The notes beneath the pieces are model-generated. The model was not told the DNA's origin, did no database searches, and was given only the letters and a program-made list of their open reading frames with translations. From contig JAEOUA010000009.1 of the NCBI GenBank assembly GCA_016839555.1, forward strand, positions 1-64,000: 64,000 bases of DNA. The letters run 5' to 3'. Positions 61,739 to 64,000 of the stretch are shown here, piece by piece. Position numbers and translations under genes: made by a program. The stretch's first letter is position 1, and every line of letters begins with the position of its first letter. The DNA is from Promethearchaeota archaeon (lineage in GTDB: Archaea > Asgardarchaeota > Lokiarchaeia > Sigyniarchaeales > SOKP01).

Positions 61739-63043
61739 ATGGTAAAAGAAATAAAAGTAGAGCCAGTCACTCGATTAGAGGGGCATGGTGATTTACATGT
61801 AGTCATTGGCGATGATGGAAAGGTCAAAGATGTTCAATTTAATATAACCTCCACGAGATTCTTTGAGAAATTTGTGGAGGGGAGATATTGCGAACATGTA
61901 CCGCGAATTACTCCAAGAATCTGCGGGATTTGTCCGATTCCACATCATCTTACACCAACTAAAGCGGTTGAAGATGCATGGGATGTGGAAATTCCTGAAC
62001 CCGCATATAAACTAAGGCAATTATTCATCAATGCAAAGCAATACTCCTCTCATCTATTGCATTTTTATGCATTAGCTGCCCCAGACTTTTTAGTAGGCCC
62101 GTTTGCAGATCCCGCATTGAGAAATGTGGTGCATGTGATTAATAAAATGCCTGATGTGGGGAAAATGGCCTTAAAGATGATGGATTTTGGGCAGAAATTA
62201 TGCCAAGAGATTGGGGGTAAGTCAGTGCATCCAATCTCCGCAATTGTAGGCGGTATGAAAAAACCGATGGATGAGAGTGCCCGCGATAAATTCTTAAAAA
62301 AGGTCGATGAGCAAATCGAATTTACTAAAAAGACAGTAGAGATTGGATTAAAAGTTGTGGAAGATTATTGGGACGTCGTGGCAAACGTTGGAGTTGTGCC
62401 TACTTATTATTTAGCCTTAACGAAGAATGGTGTCCATGATATCTATGATGGTGATATTAGAGTTGTTACCCCAGATGGCAAAAAATTAGATTATGATGTG
62501 CATGATTATTTGGAGGTAATTGGTGAACATATACCGAAGCATTCATATGCAACTCATACCTACTATAAACCTGCGGGATATCCGGAGGGTATTTATCGAG
62601 CAAATTGTCTTGCAATGATCAATGCTGCTGATAAAATGGCGACTCCCTTAGCTCAAGAAGCACTAGAGACGTTTAGAGCGAAATTAGGTGAAATTTCTCA
62701 TCATACATTTGCGTATCATTGGGCGAGATTGATTGAGACGGTAGAAGCTATTGAAAACGTTAAAACTTTGTTAGAAGATCCCGATATTGTGAATCCTGAT
62801 TGTAAAACTTTAGATGTTGAGCCGAAGGAAGGAGTGGGAGTAGGAATCACTGAAGCTCCACGTGGGTTGCTTGTTTACAATATATGGTCAGACGCTGAAG
62901 GAATCTGTAAGAAATTGAATCTCATGGTTGCAACTAATCATAATATCGCCGGCATTGAAAAATCATTGATGCATACTGCAAAACAAGTATTTGAACAAAA
63001 TGCTTTAGACGGATTAAAATTACCAGATCCCTGGATAAAATAA
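61739..63043 (+). CDS. vhuA: F420-non-reducing hydrogenase large subunit lacking the C-terminal L2 motif (VhuA type)
   Basis: TRLEGHG, RICGICPIPH (L1) and EAPRG; ends without DPCxxCxxH. Confidence 0.93.
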   Translation: MVKEIKVEPVTRLEGHGDLHVVIGDDGKVKDVQFNITSTRFFEKFVEGRYCEHVPRITPRICGICPIPHHLTPTKAVEDAWDVEIPEPAYKLRQLFINAKQYSSHLLHFYALAAPDFLVGPFADPALRNVVHVINKMPDVGKMALKMMDFGQKLCQEIGGKSVHPISAIVGGMKKPMDESARDKFLKKVDEQIEFTKKTVEIGLKVVEDYWDVVANVGVVPTYYLALTKNGVHDIYDGDIRVVTPDGKKLDYDVHDYLEVIGEHIPKHSYATHTYYKPAGYPEGIYRANCLAMINAADKMATPLAQEALETFRAKLGEISHHTFAYHWARLIETVEAIENVKTLLEDPDIVNPDCKTLDVEPKEGVGVGITEAPRGLLVYNIWSDAEGICKKLNLMVATNHNIAGIEKSLMHTAKQVFEQNALDGLKLPDPWIK

Positions 63044-63085
63044 ACTTGTAAACAATTATAAAAAATTTAAAAAGTGATAATAAAA

Positions 63086-63238
63086 ATGGGTGAAGAAGTA
63101 GACGAAGGGTTAGTAAATCTCTTGGAAATGATAGTCAGATGTTATGATTGCTGACTATCGTGCGCCGCTCACATCACGGTTGTTGATGAAGAGGGCAAAG
63201 AGCTTTACTCTCGAAAATTGAATGTTGGTTTAGGATGA
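63086..63238 (+). CDS. vhuU: Selenoprotein VhuU (separately encoded hydrogenase C-terminal peptide), Sec at TGA 63152-63154
   Basis: MGEEVDEGLVNLLEMIVRCYDC-U-LSCAAHITVVDEEGKELYSRKLNVGLG*; the TGA sits at the first Cys of the L2 motif DxCxxCxxH; follows an L2-less vhuA. Confidence 0.93.
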
Positions 63239-63297
63239 AATATTCAATAAAAATTATAGATTGAATATGACTGCCCATGCCCGGGTTAAAACCAATA
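63223..63297 (+). promoter_or_regulatory. Candidate eukaryote-like SECIS element for vhuU
   Basis: AUGA (63235-38), stem ATATTCAAT/ATTGAATAT (63240-48/63260-68), A-rich loop AAAAATTATAG, GA (63269-70); possible lower stem TGTTGGTTT/AAACCAATA. Confidence 0.6.
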
Positions 63298-63352
63298 ATA
63301 ATGATGGAAAAATAAATCAAAGAAAATAAACAATTAAATAAAGTGATAAAAT

Positions 63353-63865
63353 ATGGTTATGGATTTTGAATTTAGAAAACAAGTTATGGATTATCATCAA
63401 GGGTCTGATGTAATCAAATATTGTTATCAATGTAGTAGATGTACCGATAATTGTCCTGTATCATTTGTTACTGATGAATTATATCAATATGGATATAATC
63501 CCAGACGAAATATTTTAAATGCGTTGCTTGGATATAAGGATAATATCTTTTCAGCGGATCTTATTGCTATTTGGGGTTGTACTGTTTGCGATACCTGCGA
63601 TGAAGTCTGTCCGCAAAATATCGAGCTAACCGAGATATTCACACTACTTAAAAATCAGAGCATTGAAAAGGGAGAGGGCCCTGATTTTATCTTCCAACAA
63701 GCACAAGCTATTTACGAATCTGGAAAAGCAATTCCCTCTCAAGCAGCATTAGAACGGAGAAGAGAGAGTATGGGATTACCTGCGATTATAGCTCCAAATG
63801 TGGATGAATTTCAAATGCTAATGAATAATATGGAAATTAATAAAAAACTCAAAAAAGGTGATTAA
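63353..63865 (+). CDS. hdrC: Heterodisulfide reductase subunit C
   Basis: CYQCSRCTDNCP and IWGCTVCDTCDEVCPQ. Confidence 0.9.
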   Translation: MVMDFEFRKQVMDYHQGSDVIKYCYQCSRCTDNCPVSFVTDELYQYGYNPRRNILNALLGYKDNIFSADLIAIWGCTVCDTCDEVCPQNIELTEIFTLLKNQSIEKGEGPDFIFQQAQAIYESGKAIPSQAALERRRESMGLPAIIAPNVDEFQMLMNNMEINKKLKKGD

Positions 63866-63869
63866 TCAA

Positions 63870-64000
63870 ATGACCGAATTTAAAATGTTTGAAGGATGTA
63901 CGATTGGAAATCGAATTCCGTTTATAGAAGCTTCCACACGTAAAGTGTTCGAAAAACTTGGTATAGAAACCTCAGAAGCGCCCTTTACATGCTGCCCTGA
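63870..64000 (+). CDS. hdrB: Heterodisulfide reductase subunit B, 5' part (truncated by the window end)
   Basis: GGTGA SD, then MTEFKMFEGCTIGNRIPFIEASTRKVFEKLGIETSEAPFTCCP. Confidence 0.88.
   Translation, partial: MTEFKMFEGCTIGNRIPFIEASTRKVFEKLGIETSEAPFTCCP

Noticed and set aside
60404-63283. Complementarity between the vhuG insert (CGGGCAT, 60404-60410) and the sequence after the SECIS candidate (ATGCCCG, 63277-63283)
   Set aside because: Only 7 contiguous bp over 2.9 kb; cannot be distinguished from chance without covariation data
63267-63305. Alternative SECIS using the ATGA at 63267 and the TGAT at 63302
   Set aside because: The intervening arms do not pair into a helix II

Overview
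Very AT-rich archaeal chromosomal segment. It is most consistent with an Asgard archaeon of the Lokiarchaeia/Promethearchaeota type; this is inferred from gene content (PAS-kinase and 7TM paralogues, an LRR protein, and a split selenocysteine Vhu hydrogenase next to hdrCB). The window is mostly anaerobic metabolism: EtfA, an aromatic amino-acid fermentation block (iorAB, three ACT-ACT proteins, two paaK), two UbiA prenyltransferases, two HdrD/GlpC-like Fe-S proteins, fwdA, two divergent purF, hisF, hypF/E/D, a bacterial-type rhamnose block (rhaB, GH106, rhaA) and the start of a vhuG-vhuA-vhuU-hdrC-hdrB operon. Four things are missed by the ORF track. (1) A 50-aa selenoprotein VhuU with an in-frame UGA and a eukaryote-like AUGA/GA SECIS candidate overlapping its stop codon. 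(2) A 31-nt frame-breaking insert in the 5' end of vhuG. (3) Three genes whose conserved N-termini can only start at ATT. (4) Several pseudogene remnants. The best candidate for an undescribed system is a co-oriented GNAT + YghO/ceramide-synthase-like acyltransferase + Zn-less ThiF + 7TM membrane protein cluster beside a PAS histidine kinase (22-29 kb), a possible N-acyl-metabolite synthesis and sensing module. No rRNA, tRNA, CRISPR array or transposase was recognised.
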